From an uncultured Candidatus Rokubacteria bacterium (GTDB lineage Bacteria > Methylomirabilota > Methylomirabilia > Rokubacteriales > CSP1-6), in assembly GCA_963758635.1 (NCBI GenBank), contig CAVWWD010000008.1, positions 1-64,000 of the forward strand: 64,000 nt of DNA, in the 5' to 3' direction. Made by a program: the position numbers and the translations under genes. Below the pieces are notes generated by a model. That model was not told where the DNA came from. It did not search any database and saw only the letters and a list, made by a program, of their open reading frames with translations. This document shows, piece after piece, positions 8,747-18,856 of the stretch (its first letter is position 1; each line of letters begins with the position of its first letter).

Positions 8747-9715
8747 GTGCACCTGAGCGTGACCGAGGCGCGCGAGCTGTCCGAGCGCGCCATGCGCGGC
8801 ATCGGCTACGACGCGGAGGACGCGCGCATCCTGGCCGACCACGCCATCGACGCGGCGCTCTGCGGCTACGAGTACTCCGGCCTGCCGAAGCTCCTGAACG
8901 TGGCCGAGCATCCGCGCTTCCGGGCGCCGCGCCGCCCTCTGCGCCTCGTGCGGGAGACGGCGGTCTCGGCGCTCTTCGACGGCGGCAACCAGAGCGGCAT
9001 GATCGGGATGTACCACGCGGCGCGCGAGGCCATCGCGCGGGCCCGGCCGCACGGGCTGGCCATCGTCGGCGTCAACGACCTCTGGATGAGCGGGCGGAGC
9101 GCGTACTACGTCGAGATGGTCGCGCGCGCGGGCCTCGTCGGGATCCACACCGTGGCGGCGCCCTCGATGGTCGCGCCGCTGGGCGGCGCCGCGCCCGCGC
9201 TCGGCACCAATCCCATCGCCTTCGGGTTCCCGCTCCCGGGCGACCCGCTGGTGATCGACCTCGGCACCTCGGCGTTCATGGGCACCGACCTGCAGTTCCG
9301 GCAGCGTCTCGGGATCCCGCTGCCCGAGGGCGTCGCGCTGGACGAGCACGGCCGGCCCACCACGGACGCGGCCGCCGCGCGACGCGGGGCGCTCCTGCCG
9401 TTCGGCGGCCACAAGGGCTACGCGCTGGCGCTCGCCATGCACGCGCTCGGCGTGCTCTGCGGCGGGGCGGCCGGGGCGCAGGGCGGGTACGTGCTCATCG
9501 CGTTCGCGCCGGACCTCTTCGTGCCGCTCGAGGAGTACCGCCGGGCGCTGGCCGCCGAGATCGCGACGATCAAGGCCACGCCCCGGCAGGAGGGCGTGAG
9601 CGAGATCCGCATCCCGGGCGAGCGCGCGTACGGGGAGCGGGCGAGGCTCGCGCGCGAGGGCATCTCGATCGACCGGCGCATCCATGACGCGCTGGTTCGG
9701 CTCGCCGGGGGATAG
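8747..9715 (+). CDS. Ldh_2 family (malate/L-lactate/sulfolactate dehydrogenase-like) oxidoreductase
   Basis: FDGGNQSG, LGTNPIAFGFP, PLVIDLGTS, LLPFGGHKGYALAL, IRIPGER. Confidence 0.9.
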   Translation: MHLSVTEARELSERAMRGIGYDAEDARILADHAIDAALCGYEYSGLPKLLNVAEHPRFRAPRRPLRLVRETAVSALFDGGNQSGMIGMYHAAREAIARARPHGLAIVGVNDLWMSGRSAYYVEMVARAGLVGIHTVAAPSMVAPLGGAAPALGTNPIAFGFPLPGDPLVIDLGTSAFMGTDLQFRQRLGIPLPEGVALDEHGRPTTDAAAARRGALLPFGGHKGYALALAMHALGVLCGGAAGAQGGYVLIAFAPDLFVPLEEYRRALAAEIATIKATPRQEGVSEIRIPGERAYGERARLAREGISIDRRIHDALVRLAGG

Positions 9716-9735
9716 GGCGGCGCGCCGGGCCGTTC

Positions 9736-9764
9736 TTGACTCGCTCGCGGCCAGGACGCATCCT
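9736..9764 (+). promoter_or_regulatory. Putative sigma70 promoter upstream of the TIR-HEAT gene
   Basis: TTGACT-N17-CATCCT; homologous TTGACT-N17-CATGCT at 13103-13131. Confidence 0.4.
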
Positions 9765-9911
9765 GCCCTTCAGGCTGTGCGCGGCTCTGGAAGAGGCCCG
9801 CTTGGTAGCGGCGGGCGGGTAGCGGCGGGCGCCAGCTCCGTGCGTAACTGTCGGGCCCGGGCGCGCTCACCAGGGGCGCTGCGTCCGGTAGACGCTGGCA
9901 AGGGCCGAACG

Positions 9912-11786
9912 ATGCCGCATGTGTTCCTCTCGTACGTCCGCGAGGACCACCACGCCGTGCGCCGCATGGCGCACGAGCTCAAGCAGGCCGGCATCGACGT
10001 GTGGCTCGACCGCGAGCAGATTCGCCCCGGGGCTCTGTGGGCCGACGCGATCAGGGAAGCGATCGAAGCCGGCGCCATGTTCGTCGCTTGCTTCTCCAGG
10101 GCCTACGGCGAGCGCGACCACTCCTATATGGACGAGGAGCTGGCGATCGCGACGGAGGTGCTCGGCCGCCGATCGGCCGATCGCAAGTGGTTCATCCCCG
10201 TCCTGCTTGCAGGCGGCCGGATCCCGGACAAGAGGATCGGCGAGCGCGGTAGCTTGAGCGACATCCAGTGGATCAGTCTGGACGAGGACTGGCAAGAGGG
10301 AATGAACGGCCTCGTGGACATGGTTCTCGGCCAGATCATGCCCGACGAGGTGGGCTCGGACTCGGAGAAGCGCGAGAGGCAGCGACTGTGGAAGCGTGCC
10401 GACCGGATGGCGGCGCAGCTGGCCGATCTCCTCTCCTCGACCGAGGATCGACGTCACGCGGCGGCGGCGCTCGAGCCGCTCTGCGCGCGAACGATGAGGC
10501 CGCTGGCCGAGCTCGAGGGGGCGCTGATGGACGAGGACGAAACGGTGCGGAGCACGTCGATGCGCTGCCTCGTCGCGATGGGGTCGAACGCAGCCGAGGC
10601 CCTCGTGCGAGCGATCGAAAGCCCGCACCCGCCGATCCGCGACGCGGCGCTGGAGGGCCTGCGCGCGATGGGACCCGACGCCAGCGGCGTGATCGCGCCC
10701 CTGATCGAGGCACTGCGGATCATCCCCGAGGAGACCGAGCCTCTGGCCGTGAGCCATGTGCTCGGCGCGATCGGCGAGGCCGCAGTGCCGGCTCTCCTCG
10801 ACGCCATGGAGGGTCGCGATCCGGCCGTGGTCCCGGGCGCCGCCCGAGCGCTTTGCCGGATGGCCCCGCCGGCAGCGCCGAGCGTCCCACGGGCCAAGGG
10901 CTGGCTGGGAGACGCGGATGAGACCCTCCGCGCGGCGGCCATCAGTGTCGTCGTGCACCAGATCGAGAACTCGGAGGAAGTCGACTGGGGAGATGTGGTC
11001 GTGCCTCTCGCGGAGGCGCTCCGGACGCACCGGACGTCGCACGCGTTTCGGGCTTTCATGAAGCTCGGGCCGGCGGCGTCGGCGGCAATCCCCACCCTGA
11101 TCCAGGTGCTGCGCGAGCCCGTGGATGACCCGATCCGCTTTGGAAACAGCCACGATCTCGCCGAGAAGGCGCTCTCCTACATCGGACCCGCGTCCGTGCC
11201 CGCGCTCATGGAGCTGATCCGACACCGGCAGGAGCCCGGCGAGCATCCGGAGGCTTGGTTTGCGAATCTGAAGGCGCGCTACGACGGGCTTTGGGCGTTG
11301 GAGCGCATCCTGTGGAATCACGATCACCAGGAAGGCGTCACGTTCTTGCAGAAACTCGCGGCGGAGCCTCGCGAGCACATCTGGCTCAGGGCCAAGGCCG
11401 CGGCCTTCGTCTCCGGGCAGGTGGGGCAGTCGCCGGCGCTGATGGCGGTCCTCGCCAACGCGATCTGGCCGTCCAGGACCAGGTGGGATCAGGTCTCGAG
11501 GGACGCGATACAAGCCCTCGCCGAGTACCGCGACCACGCGGAGGAGATCTCGAAGACGCTCGTGAAGCTCCTGCGGTCCGACGCCTCCGTCTACGTCAAG
11601 GAGGCCGCGGTGGAAGCGCTCGGCGAGATCGGCGCGCCGATCGATCTCGTGAAGCCGGTGCTGGAGGAGATCGGCGGCGACGGCGAGTCGGGACTCCGCG
11701 GTGCGGCGCAGAAGGTGCTCGAGAGGCTGGCCGGCGGTGACGGCCAGGGGTCGACTGACTCGTCGAACCGCGCTACGCCGGCGTAG
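9912..11786 (+). CDS. TIR domain (TIR_2) plus HEAT/PBS-lyase repeat protein
   Basis: MPHVFLSYVRED...VWLDREQIRPGALWADAIREAI...FVACFS...SYMDEEL...FIPVLL, followed by many HEAT-like repeats (LGAIGEAAVPALL, AAVEALGEIG). Confidence 0.9.
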   Translation: MPHVFLSYVREDHHAVRRMAHELKQAGIDVWLDREQIRPGALWADAIREAIEAGAMFVACFSRAYGERDHSYMDEELAIATEVLGRRSADRKWFIPVLLAGGRIPDKRIGERGSLSDIQWISLDEDWQEGMNGLVDMVLGQIMPDEVGSDSEKRERQRLWKRADRMAAQLADLLSSTEDRRHAAAALEPLCARTMRPLAELEGALMDEDETVRSTSMRCLVAMGSNAAEALVRAIESPHPPIRDAALEGLRAMGPDASGVIAPLIEALRIIPEETEPLAVSHVLGAIGEAAVPALLDAMEGRDPAVVPGAARALCRMAPPAAPSVPRAKGWLGDADETLRAAAISVVVHQIENSEEVDWGDVVVPLAEALRTHRTSHAFRAFMKLGPAASAAIPTLIQVLREPVDDPIRFGNSHDLAEKALSYIGPASVPALMELIRHRQEPGEHPEAWFANLKARYDGLWALERILWNHDHQEGVTFLQKLAAEPREHIWLRAKAAAFVSGQVGQSPALMAVLANAIWPSRTRWDQVSRDAIQALAEYRDHAEEISKTLVKLLRSDASVYVKEAAVEALGEIGAPIDLVKPVLEEIGGDGESGLRGAAQKVLERLAGGDGQGSTDSSNRATPA

Positions 11787-11824
11787 CGCGTCCGGCTCCG
11801 CAACCGATCGCCTCTTGCCATCAG

Positions 11825-11920
11825 GTGCGTACCCACCTCGCGCACAACAAGGACGTACCCGACCTCAGGCCGATCGAGCTCCCTCCGACAGGGAAGATCG
11901 TGCAGCTTCCCGAAGGCGGG
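11825..11920 (+). mobile_element. C-terminal fragment of an integrase-core transposase
   Basis: RTHLAHNKDVPDLRPIELPPTGKIVQLPEGG resembles the recalled RTHLxLxKDxP...LPEVGGLHH tail. Confidence 0.55.
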
Positions 11921-12351
11921 AGGGCGTCCAGGCCCGTGGGCTGGTCGCGGTCATGGGACGGGCAGGCCAGGGAGCTGCGCCATGAGGATCGCGAGGGCGC
12001 GCGCCGCGTCGGCCGGCCGCAGGCCCTGGGCCGGGTGCGTCTGGACGAGGGAGGGACGCAGCCGGCCCATGTCGAGGTGATCGTCGATGATCACGTAGCC
12101 GGCCACGGGATGCGCGTCGAGCCAGGCCGCGATCTCGTCCCCGCGCTCGGCCCCGGGCGGGCCCGCCGGTGTCTTGTCGACGACGCGGCCGGTGAGCCCC
12201 TCCGCGCGCAGAAGCGCGTGCAGCTCGGCGACGGTCTTGCCGTGCCGGTGCGTGGACGACACGACCACGTCGGCGCCGGAGGCGGCGACGATCTCGTTCA
12301 GCACCTCCATGCACGCGGGCTCGATGTCGCCGTAGCGGTCCCAGCGCCGGA
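11921..12351 (-). pseudogene. 5'-truncated duplicate of the HAD_SAK_2 gene (1741-2171)
   Basis: Near-identical to 1741-2171 but lacks catalytic motif I (DIDG). Confidence 0.9.
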
Positions 12352-12426
12352 ACTTCACCGACTTCGGCGTGCACAATACCGGCGTCGCGCAGAGCGAGTA
12401 CGACGCGATTCACGGCCGCGGCGCGT

Positions 12427-13135
12427 TCAACGACCTCTGGATGAGCGGGCGGAGCGCGTACTACGTCGAGATGGTCGCGCGCGCCGGCCTCGTCGGGATC
12501 CACACCGTGGCGGCGCCCCCGATGGTCGCGCCGCCGGGCGGCGCCGCGCCCGCGCTCGGCACCAATCCCATCGCCTTCGGGTTCCCGCTCCCGGGCGACC
12601 CGCTGGTGATCGACCTCGGCACCTCGGCGTTCATGGGCACCGACCTCCAGTTCCGGCAGCGTCTCGGGATCCCGCTGCCCGAGGGCGTCGCGCTGGACGA
12701 GCACGGCCGGCCCACCACGGACGCGGGCGCGGCGCGACGCGGGGCGCTCCTGCCGTTCGGCGGCCACAAGGGCTATGCGCTGGCGCTCGCCATGCACGCG
12801 CTCGGCGTGCTCTGCGGCGGGGCGGCCGGGGCGCAGGGCGGCTACGTGCTCATCGCGTTCGCGCCGGACCTCTTCGTGCCGCTCGAGGAGTACCGCCGGG
12901 CGCTGGCCGCCGAGATCGCGACGATCAAGGCCACGCCCCGGCAGGAGGGCGTGAGCGAGATCCGCATCCCGGGCGAGCGCGCGTACGGGGAGCGGGCGCG
13001 CCTCGCGCGCGAGGGCATCTCGATCGACCGGCGCATCCACGACGCGCTGGTCCGGCTCGCCGAGGGAGCGGGCGGCGCGCGGAGCGACGGGCCGCGCCGT
13101 TCTTGACTCGGTCGCAGCCAGGACGCATGCTGACC
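12427..13135 (+). pseudogene. 5'-truncated duplicate of the Ldh_2 gene plus downstream sequence (9072-9765)
   Basis: Near-identical from NDLWMSGRS to RLA; homology extends ~50 bp past the stop. Confidence 0.9.
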
Positions 13136-13252
13136 CGCGAGGATGTGAATCAACGACGACAGGGCATCGCGCGTGGACGCAGAGTCGCAGCTTGGCCCGC
13201 ACGGTGAGGTCAAGATCCGCATTGCTTCACAACATGTTCAGGAGGAACTCCC

Positions 13253-14158
13253 ATGGAGCCGAACGTCTCGCGGATCGACGCCACGCTGGGCGCGGTGGTC
13301 ACCGGTCTCTCCCTGGCCCGGATGGACGCGCCGACCTGGAAGGTGGTGGAGCAGGCCTTCCACGATCACGCCGTCCTGGTGTTCCCCGGGCAGGACCTGA
13401 CGGAAGCGGAGCAGATCGCGTTCGCGAACCGCTTCGGCGACATCGAGCTGCTCGCGGCGGATCCCGAGCAAAAGGCCGTCGCGATCAGCAACCAGAAGCC
13501 CGACGGGACGGTCATGGCCCCGGACGAGCATCGGTTCAAGTCGCTCCGGGGCAACGAGGGCTGGCACACCGACAGCTCCTACATGCCGCTGGCCGCGAAG
13601 GCGTCGGTGCTCTCGGCGCAGGTGGTGCCCCCGGTGGGCGGCGAGACCGAGTGGGCCGACATGCGCGCCGCGTACGACGCGCTCGATGAGGCCACGCGCC
13701 GGCGCATCGCCGGGCTCAGCGCCCATCACTCGCTCTATCACTCGCAGGCCGCGATCGGTCACGTCGTCACGACGGGCGCCGGCTACGGATTTCACGCCAA
13801 GGGGGCGCCGCTCCGCCCGCTCGTGAAGGTGCACCCCGTCACCGGCCGCCCCGCGCTCTACATCGGCCGGCACGCCTACGGCATCCCGGGCCTCCCCGAG
13901 GCGGAGTCGGAGAAGCTCCTCGCCGACCTCGTGGACTTCGCCTGCCGGCCGCCGCGGACGTACGCCCACCGCTGGCGGCCGGGCGACGTGGTGATCTGGG
14001 ACAACCGCTGCGTGCTGCATCGCGCGCGGCCCTACGACTACGGCCAGGTCCGGGTGATGCGTCACACGCGCGTCGCGGGCGATCCGGCCACCGAGCTCGC
14101 CGGGACGGACCGGGACGCGCGCGCCGAGGCGTACGAGCCCTCCACCTCGAACCGATAG
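13253..14158 (+). CDS. TauD/TfdA family Fe(II)/2-oxoglutarate dioxygenase
   Basis: WHTDSSY (HxD), GGETEWADMRAAYDAL, HPVTGRPALY, WDNRCVLHR; RBS aggagg. Confidence 0.92.
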   Translation: MEPNVSRIDATLGAVVTGLSLARMDAPTWKVVEQAFHDHAVLVFPGQDLTEAEQIAFANRFGDIELLAADPEQKAVAISNQKPDGTVMAPDEHRFKSLRGNEGWHTDSSYMPLAAKASVLSAQVVPPVGGETEWADMRAAYDALDEATRRRIAGLSAHHSLYHSQAAIGHVVTTGAGYGFHAKGAPLRPLVKVHPVTGRPALYIGRHAYGIPGLPEAESEKLLADLVDFACRPPRTYAHRWRPGDVVIWDNRCVLHRARPYDYGQVRVMRHTRVAGDPATELAGTDRDARAEAYEPSTSNR

Positions 14159-14232
14159 GGCGGTCGAGGCGGCTCGCCGGTGAGGGCGCTACCGGCCGGC
14201 GAGGGCGCGGTTCTCAGGCATAATCGAGCGCC

Positions 14233-14991
14233 ATGCTCGAGATGTCCGGAGTCGTCAAGGGCTTCGGGAGCCTGCGCGCCGTCGACGGTATCGACCTCGC
14301 CATCGATGCGGGAACGATCACCGGGCTCATCGGCCCGAACGGCGCCGGCAAGACGACGCTCTTCAACCTGATCGCGGGCGCCCTCGCCCCCGAGGCGGGC
14401 GCGATCCGGTTCATGGGGGAGCGCATCGACCGGCTCACGCCGGATCGCATCTTCGCGCGGGGGCTCGCCCGGACGTTCCAGGTGCCGCGCCCGTTTCCCC
14501 AGATGACCGTGCTCGAGAACGTCATGCTCGCGCCGCGCCCCCAGGCCGGCGAGCGGTTCTGGAACAACTGGCTGCGCGCCGGGCGCGTGCGGCGCGAGGA
14601 GATGCTTACCCGCGAGCGCGCCCTGGAGGTGCTCGAGCTCTGCGACCTCGCCGACAAGGCCGGCGAGCTCGCCGGACGCCTCTCGGGCGGGCAGCAGAAG
14701 CTCCTCGAGCTGGCGCGCGTGCTCGTCGCGGAGCCCCGGCTCATCCTGCTCGACGAGCCCGCGGCCGGCGTCAACCCCGTGCTGCTGGAGACCCTGGTGG
14801 ATCGCATCGTGCGGCTCAACCGGCGCGGCGTCACGTTCCTGGTCATCGAGCACAACCTCGACCTCGTCATGGCCGTGTGCCGGCCGATCGCGGTCATGGC
14901 GCAGGGCAAGCTGATCTACCACGGGGATGCCGCCGGGGTGCGGCGGGACCGTCGCGTCCTCGACGCGTACCTGGGGGACATGCCGGCGTGA
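14233..14991 (+). CDS. Branched-chain amino acid-type ABC transporter ATP-binding protein (LivG-like)
   Basis: GPNGAGKTT, ARTFQ, LSGGQQKLLE, LLDEPAAGVNP, IEHN. Confidence 0.92.
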   Translation: MLEMSGVVKGFGSLRAVDGIDLAIDAGTITGLIGPNGAGKTTLFNLIAGALAPEAGAIRFMGERIDRLTPDRIFARGLARTFQVPRPFPQMTVLENVMLAPRPQAGERFWNNWLRAGRVRREEMLTRERALEVLELCDLADKAGELAGRLSGGQQKLLELARVLVAEPRLILLDEPAAGVNPVLLETLVDRIVRLNRRGVTFLVIEHNLDLVMAVCRPIAVMAQGKLIYHGDAAGVRRDRRVLDAYLGDMPA

Positions 14992-15716
14992 GCGAGCGCC
15001 GGCTGGTGGTGGAGGACCTCGTCGCCGGCTACGTCCGCGGGCTCCCGGTGGTGCACGGGATCTCGCTCGAGGTCGATCGCGGCGAGATCGTCACGCTGAT
15101 CGGGCCCAACGGCGCGGGCAAGAGCACGCTCCTCAAGGCCGTCGCGGGGCTCGTCGCCATCGAGGGCGGGCGCGTGCGGCTCGACGGCCGGGACGTGACG
15201 GGGCTGCCCGCCCACCAGGCGGTGTCGGCGGGGATCGGGTACGTGCCGCAGACCGGCAACGTGTTCACCACGCTGACCGTTCACGAGAACCTCCGGGTCG
15301 GCGCGCACGTGGTGCGCGGCCCCGTGCAGGAGCGGCTCGACCGCGCGTACGCGCTGTTCGCGCCCCTCGCGGCGCGGCGCGCGCTGCGGGCCCGCGCGCT
15401 GTCCGGCGGCGAGCGGCAGATGCTCGCGATCGCGCGCGCCCTGATGACCGACCCCACCCTCCTCATGCTCGACGAGCCGACGGCGGGCCTGGCGCCCCGC
15501 GTGGTGGACGACGTGTTCCGCCGGCTGCGCGGGCTCGCGGAGGCGGGGATCGCCGTGCTGATGGTGGAGCAGAACGCGCGGGCCGCGCTCGCCGTGTCCG
15601 ACCGCGGCTACGTGCTGACCGAGGGCCGCACCCGGTTCGCGGGGCCGGCGCGCGCGCTGCTGGACGAGCCACGGGTGGCCGAGGCGTACCTGGGGAGCCG
15701 TCGCGCCGGCGCATGA
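14988..15716 (+). CDS. ABC transporter ATP-binding protein (LivF-like)
   Basis: GPNGAGKST, LSGGERQMLAIARAL, LDEPTAGLAP, VEQNA; GTG start overlaps the upstream stop. Confidence 0.92.
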   Translation: MSERRLVVEDLVAGYVRGLPVVHGISLEVDRGEIVTLIGPNGAGKSTLLKAVAGLVAIEGGRVRLDGRDVTGLPAHQAVSAGIGYVPQTGNVFTTLTVHENLRVGAHVVRGPVQERLDRAYALFAPLAARRALRARALSGGERQMLAIARALMTDPTLLMLDEPTAGLAPRVVDDVFRRLRGLAEAGIAVLMVEQNARAALAVSDRGYVLTEGRTRFAGPARALLDEPRVAEAYLGSRRAGA

Positions 15717-16609
15717 TCGCCCAGGCGTTCGCCGACGGCATCCTGACCGGCGCCATCATCGCGCTCGGCGCCATCGGGGTGACCTTCACGCTCGGGATCA
15801 TGCGCTTCGCGAACTTCGCGCACTCCGAGCTGCTCACGTGGGGCGCCTACATCGCCCTGATCGTGGTCGGGTTCACCGGCCCCGGCCGGCCCACCGGGCC
15901 GCTGTCCTTCGGCTGGCCGCTGATCGCCGCCGCGGTGGTCGCCGCCGTCCTCACCGGGCTCGCCGCGTGGGCGGTGGACGCGCTCGTGTTCCGGCGGCTC
16001 CGGCGCCGGGGCGCGCTCCCGCTCACGATGGTCTTCGCCGCGTTCGGGGCCGCCCTCGTCATGCGCCATCTCGTCGTCCTCGTGTGGGGGCACGACTCGC
16101 ACTACTACACGCGCGAGCTGCAGATGGCGGTGGAGGTGCTGCCCGGGGTGCGCATGCTGCCCGACCAGATCTTCATCGTGGGCCTGGCCCTGGCCGCCAT
16201 GGTCGGCCTGCACGCGTTCCTCGCCTGGAGCCGGACCGGGATCGCCATGCGGGCGATGGCGGAGAGCCCGGCGCTCGCCCAGGTGTGCGGGGTCGAGGTC
16301 GAGGCGGTGGTCCGGCTCACGTGGATCATCTCGGGGGCGCTGGCCGCGTTCGCCGGCGTGTTCACCGGGCTGACGCCGCAGATCCATCCCGAGATCGGCT
16401 TCAACCTGCTGCTGTCCCTGTTCGCGGCGGCGATCCTCGGCGGCACCGGCAGCCTCGCCGGGGCCGTCGCCGGCGGCTTCGCGGTGGGGCTCGCCGAGAA
16501 TCTGGCGCTGCTCGTGATCAGCCCCGGCTACAAGGGGGCCATGCCGTTCCTGCTGCTCCTGGGCATCCTGCTCGTGCGCCCGCAGGGCATCTTCGGCGAC
16601 CGCGCGTAA
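15713..16609 (+). CDS. ABC transporter permease (LivH-like)
   Basis: ALGAIGVTFTLGIMRFANFAHSE, GIAMRAMAE, AAILGGTGS. Confidence 0.9.
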   Translation: MIAQAFADGILTGAIIALGAIGVTFTLGIMRFANFAHSELLTWGAYIALIVVGFTGPGRPTGPLSFGWPLIAAAVVAAVLTGLAAWAVDALVFRRLRRRGALPLTMVFAAFGAALVMRHLVVLVWGHDSHYYTRELQMAVEVLPGVRMLPDQIFIVGLALAAMVGLHAFLAWSRTGIAMRAMAESPALAQVCGVEVEAVVRLTWIISGALAAFAGVFTGLTPQIHPEIGFNLLLSLFAAAILGGTGSLAGAVAGGFAVGLAENLALLVISPGYKGAMPFLLLLGILLVRPQGIFGDRA

Positions 16610-17548
16610 TGCTGTCGTACCTGGTCTTCTTCGCGTGCGTCGTGCTGGTCTTCGGCGTGCTCACGCTCGCGCTGAACCTCCAGTGGGGGTTCACCGGGCT
16701 CTTCAACGCCGGGGTCGCGGGGTTCTACGCGATCGGCGCCTACACCCACGCGATCCTCACCGCGGCGCCGCAGGCCGCGTACGCCGGGAACTTCGGCCTG
16801 CCGTGGCCGGTGGGAGTGCTGGGCGCCATGGCCGCGACGGCGCTCGCGGGCGTTCCTGATCGGCCTCGTCACGATCCGGCTGCGCGGCGACTACCTCGCC
16901 ATCGCCACCTTCGGCGTGGCGGTGTCCATCCAGCTCGTCACCCTGAACTGGGAGCGGCTGACCGGGGGCTCCCAGGGGCTCACGCGGATCGGCCGGCCGC
17001 TCGCGTCGCTCTTCGAGACGCCGTTCGGCTTCAACCTCTGGTTCCTCGGCCTGATGATCGTGGTCACGGCCGCGGTCTACTGGGCGCTCGACCGCGTGCT
17101 GCGGTCGCCGTGGGGCCGCGTGCTGAAGGCCATCCGCGAGGACGAGACGGCCGCGGTGGCGCTCGGCAAGAGCGCGCGGCGCTTCCGGCTCGAGGCGTTC
17201 GTGCTGGGCTCGACCCTCATGGGGCTCGCGGGGGCGCTCTACGTGAGCTTCATCGGCTTCGTCAGCCCGTTCGACTTCCTGCCGATCCTGACCTTCCAGG
17301 TCTGGGCCATGCTGATCGTGGGCGGCAGCGGCAATAACCGCGGCGCGCTGCTCGGCGCGCTCGTGGTGTGGGCCATCTGGGCGGGCTCGGGCGTGGCGGT
17401 GACCAAGCTGGTGCCGCCGAGCCACGCCGCGCAGGGCGCGGCGATCCAGGTCATCCTCATCGGCGGGCTCCTGATGCTCGTGCTACTCTTTCGCCCGCGC
17501 GGGCTGATCGGCGAGGCCGCGGTGGTCTCGCGCCACGTCGACGGATAG
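16609..17548 (+). CDS. ABC transporter permease (LivM-like; frameshift near 16850)
   Basis: LNLQWGFTGLFNAG, IRLRGDYLAIATFG, SPWGRVLKAIREDE, LIVGGSGNNRGA. Confidence 0.88.
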
Positions 17549-17589
17549 GCGCGCCCGCGCCGCCGACCGGAGAACGGAGGAGCGACGAC

Positions 17590-18855
17590 ATGACTCGATG
17601 GGAACGAGGCGCGATCGTGTGTGCGGCGGCCATCGCCGCGGCCGTCCTGGGCGCGGGGCCGGCGTCCGCGCAGAGCTGCCCGGTGAAGATCGGGGGCGTG
17701 CTGCCGCTGACCGGGTCCATGGCGCCGATCACCAAGAAGATCGCGCAGGCCGCGGAGCTGGCGATCGAGCACGTGAACCAGGGCGGCGGCGTCAAGGGAT
17801 GCCCGGTGCAGTTCGTGCTCCGTGACGACCAGGGACAGCCCACGGTCGGCGTGGACGCGGCCAAGTACCTGGTGGAGGTGGAGAAGGTCGCCGCGTTCAC
17901 GGGCACGATCTCCTCGGGCATCACCGGCCCGATCATCGCCTCGGTGACCGCGCCCTCGAAGGTGGTGCAGATCACGTGCTGCTCGACGGCCAGCCCCTTC
18001 ACGCTCGACGGCCGGAGCGGCGGGTACTTCTTCCGCACCATTCCCACCAGCAAGACCCAGGCGTACGCCACGGCGTCGGAGACGGTGCGGCGCGGCCTCA
18101 AGAAGACGGTGGTCATCTACGTCAACACCGACTTCGGCACCGACATGCTGCGCTTCTACAAGGTGGCCGTCGCCAAGCTGGGCGGCGAGGTGGTCGCCGA
18201 AATCCCGTACAACGACAACCAGCCGAGCTACCGGGCCGAGGTCACCCGCGCGCTCGCCGCCAAGCCCGAGTCGATGCTGCTGATCGGCTTCCCCAAGGAC
18301 GCGGTCACGATCGTGCGGGAGTGGCTCTCGCTGGGCGGCCCGAAGCAGATCGCGCTGAACAACTCGATGCGCACCATGGACTTCGTCAACGGCGTGGGCG
18401 CGAAGTTCGTCGAGGACTTCTTCGGCATGGACAACGCCCAGGTCGCGGGCCCGCACGTGGACGCCTTCAACAAGTCGTTCGAGGAGAAGTTCAAGGCCGA
18501 CACCAAGGGGCCGGGCGTGCACACGCAGTACGACGCCCTCATGGTGATGGCGCTGGCGATGAACATCGCGACGGACCTGACCGGGCCCTCGATCAAGGAC
18601 GCGGTGCGCCGCGTGCACGTGCCCGGCGGCGCATCGGTCGGCACGGGGCCGGCCGAGTTCAAGAAGGCGCTCGAGATCATCAAGGCGGGCAAGCCGATCA
18701 AGTACTTCGGCGCGACGGGACCGATCGAGTTCGACGCCAACGGCGACGTGACCGGGCCCGCGCTCGTGTGGAAGGTGAAGGACGGCCAGATCGTCACCGA
18801 CCGGGTCATCTCGATCGAGGACATGCAGGCGCTGTTCAAGCGGGTCGAGAATTGA
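17590..18855 (+). CDS. ABC transporter substrate-binding protein (LivK/Peripla_BP_6 type)
   Basis: Signal peptide, KIGGVLPLTG, VNQGGGVKG, FFRTIP, GATGPIEFDANGDV. Confidence 0.9.
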   Translation: MTRWERGAIVCAAAIAAAVLGAGPASAQSCPVKIGGVLPLTGSMAPITKKIAQAAELAIEHVNQGGGVKGCPVQFVLRDDQGQPTVGVDAAKYLVEVEKVAAFTGTISSGITGPIIASVTAPSKVVQITCCSTASPFTLDGRSGGYFFRTIPTSKTQAYATASETVRRGLKKTVVIYVNTDFGTDMLRFYKVAVAKLGGEVVAEIPYNDNQPSYRAEVTRALAAKPESMLLIGFPKDAVTIVREWLSLGGPKQIALNNSMRTMDFVNGVGAKFVEDFFGMDNAQVAGPHVDAFNKSFEEKFKADTKGPGVHTQYDALMVMALAMNIATDLTGPSIKDAVRRVHVPGGASVGTGPAEFKKALEIIKAGKPIKYFGATGPIEFDANGDVTGPALVWKVKDGQIVTDRVISIEDMQALFKRVEN

Positions 18856-18856
18856 C

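Noticed and set aside
1741..13135. Diversity-generating retroelement template/variable repeat pairs
   Set aside because: Differences between the duplicated segments are not adenine-specific, and no reverse transcriptase is present
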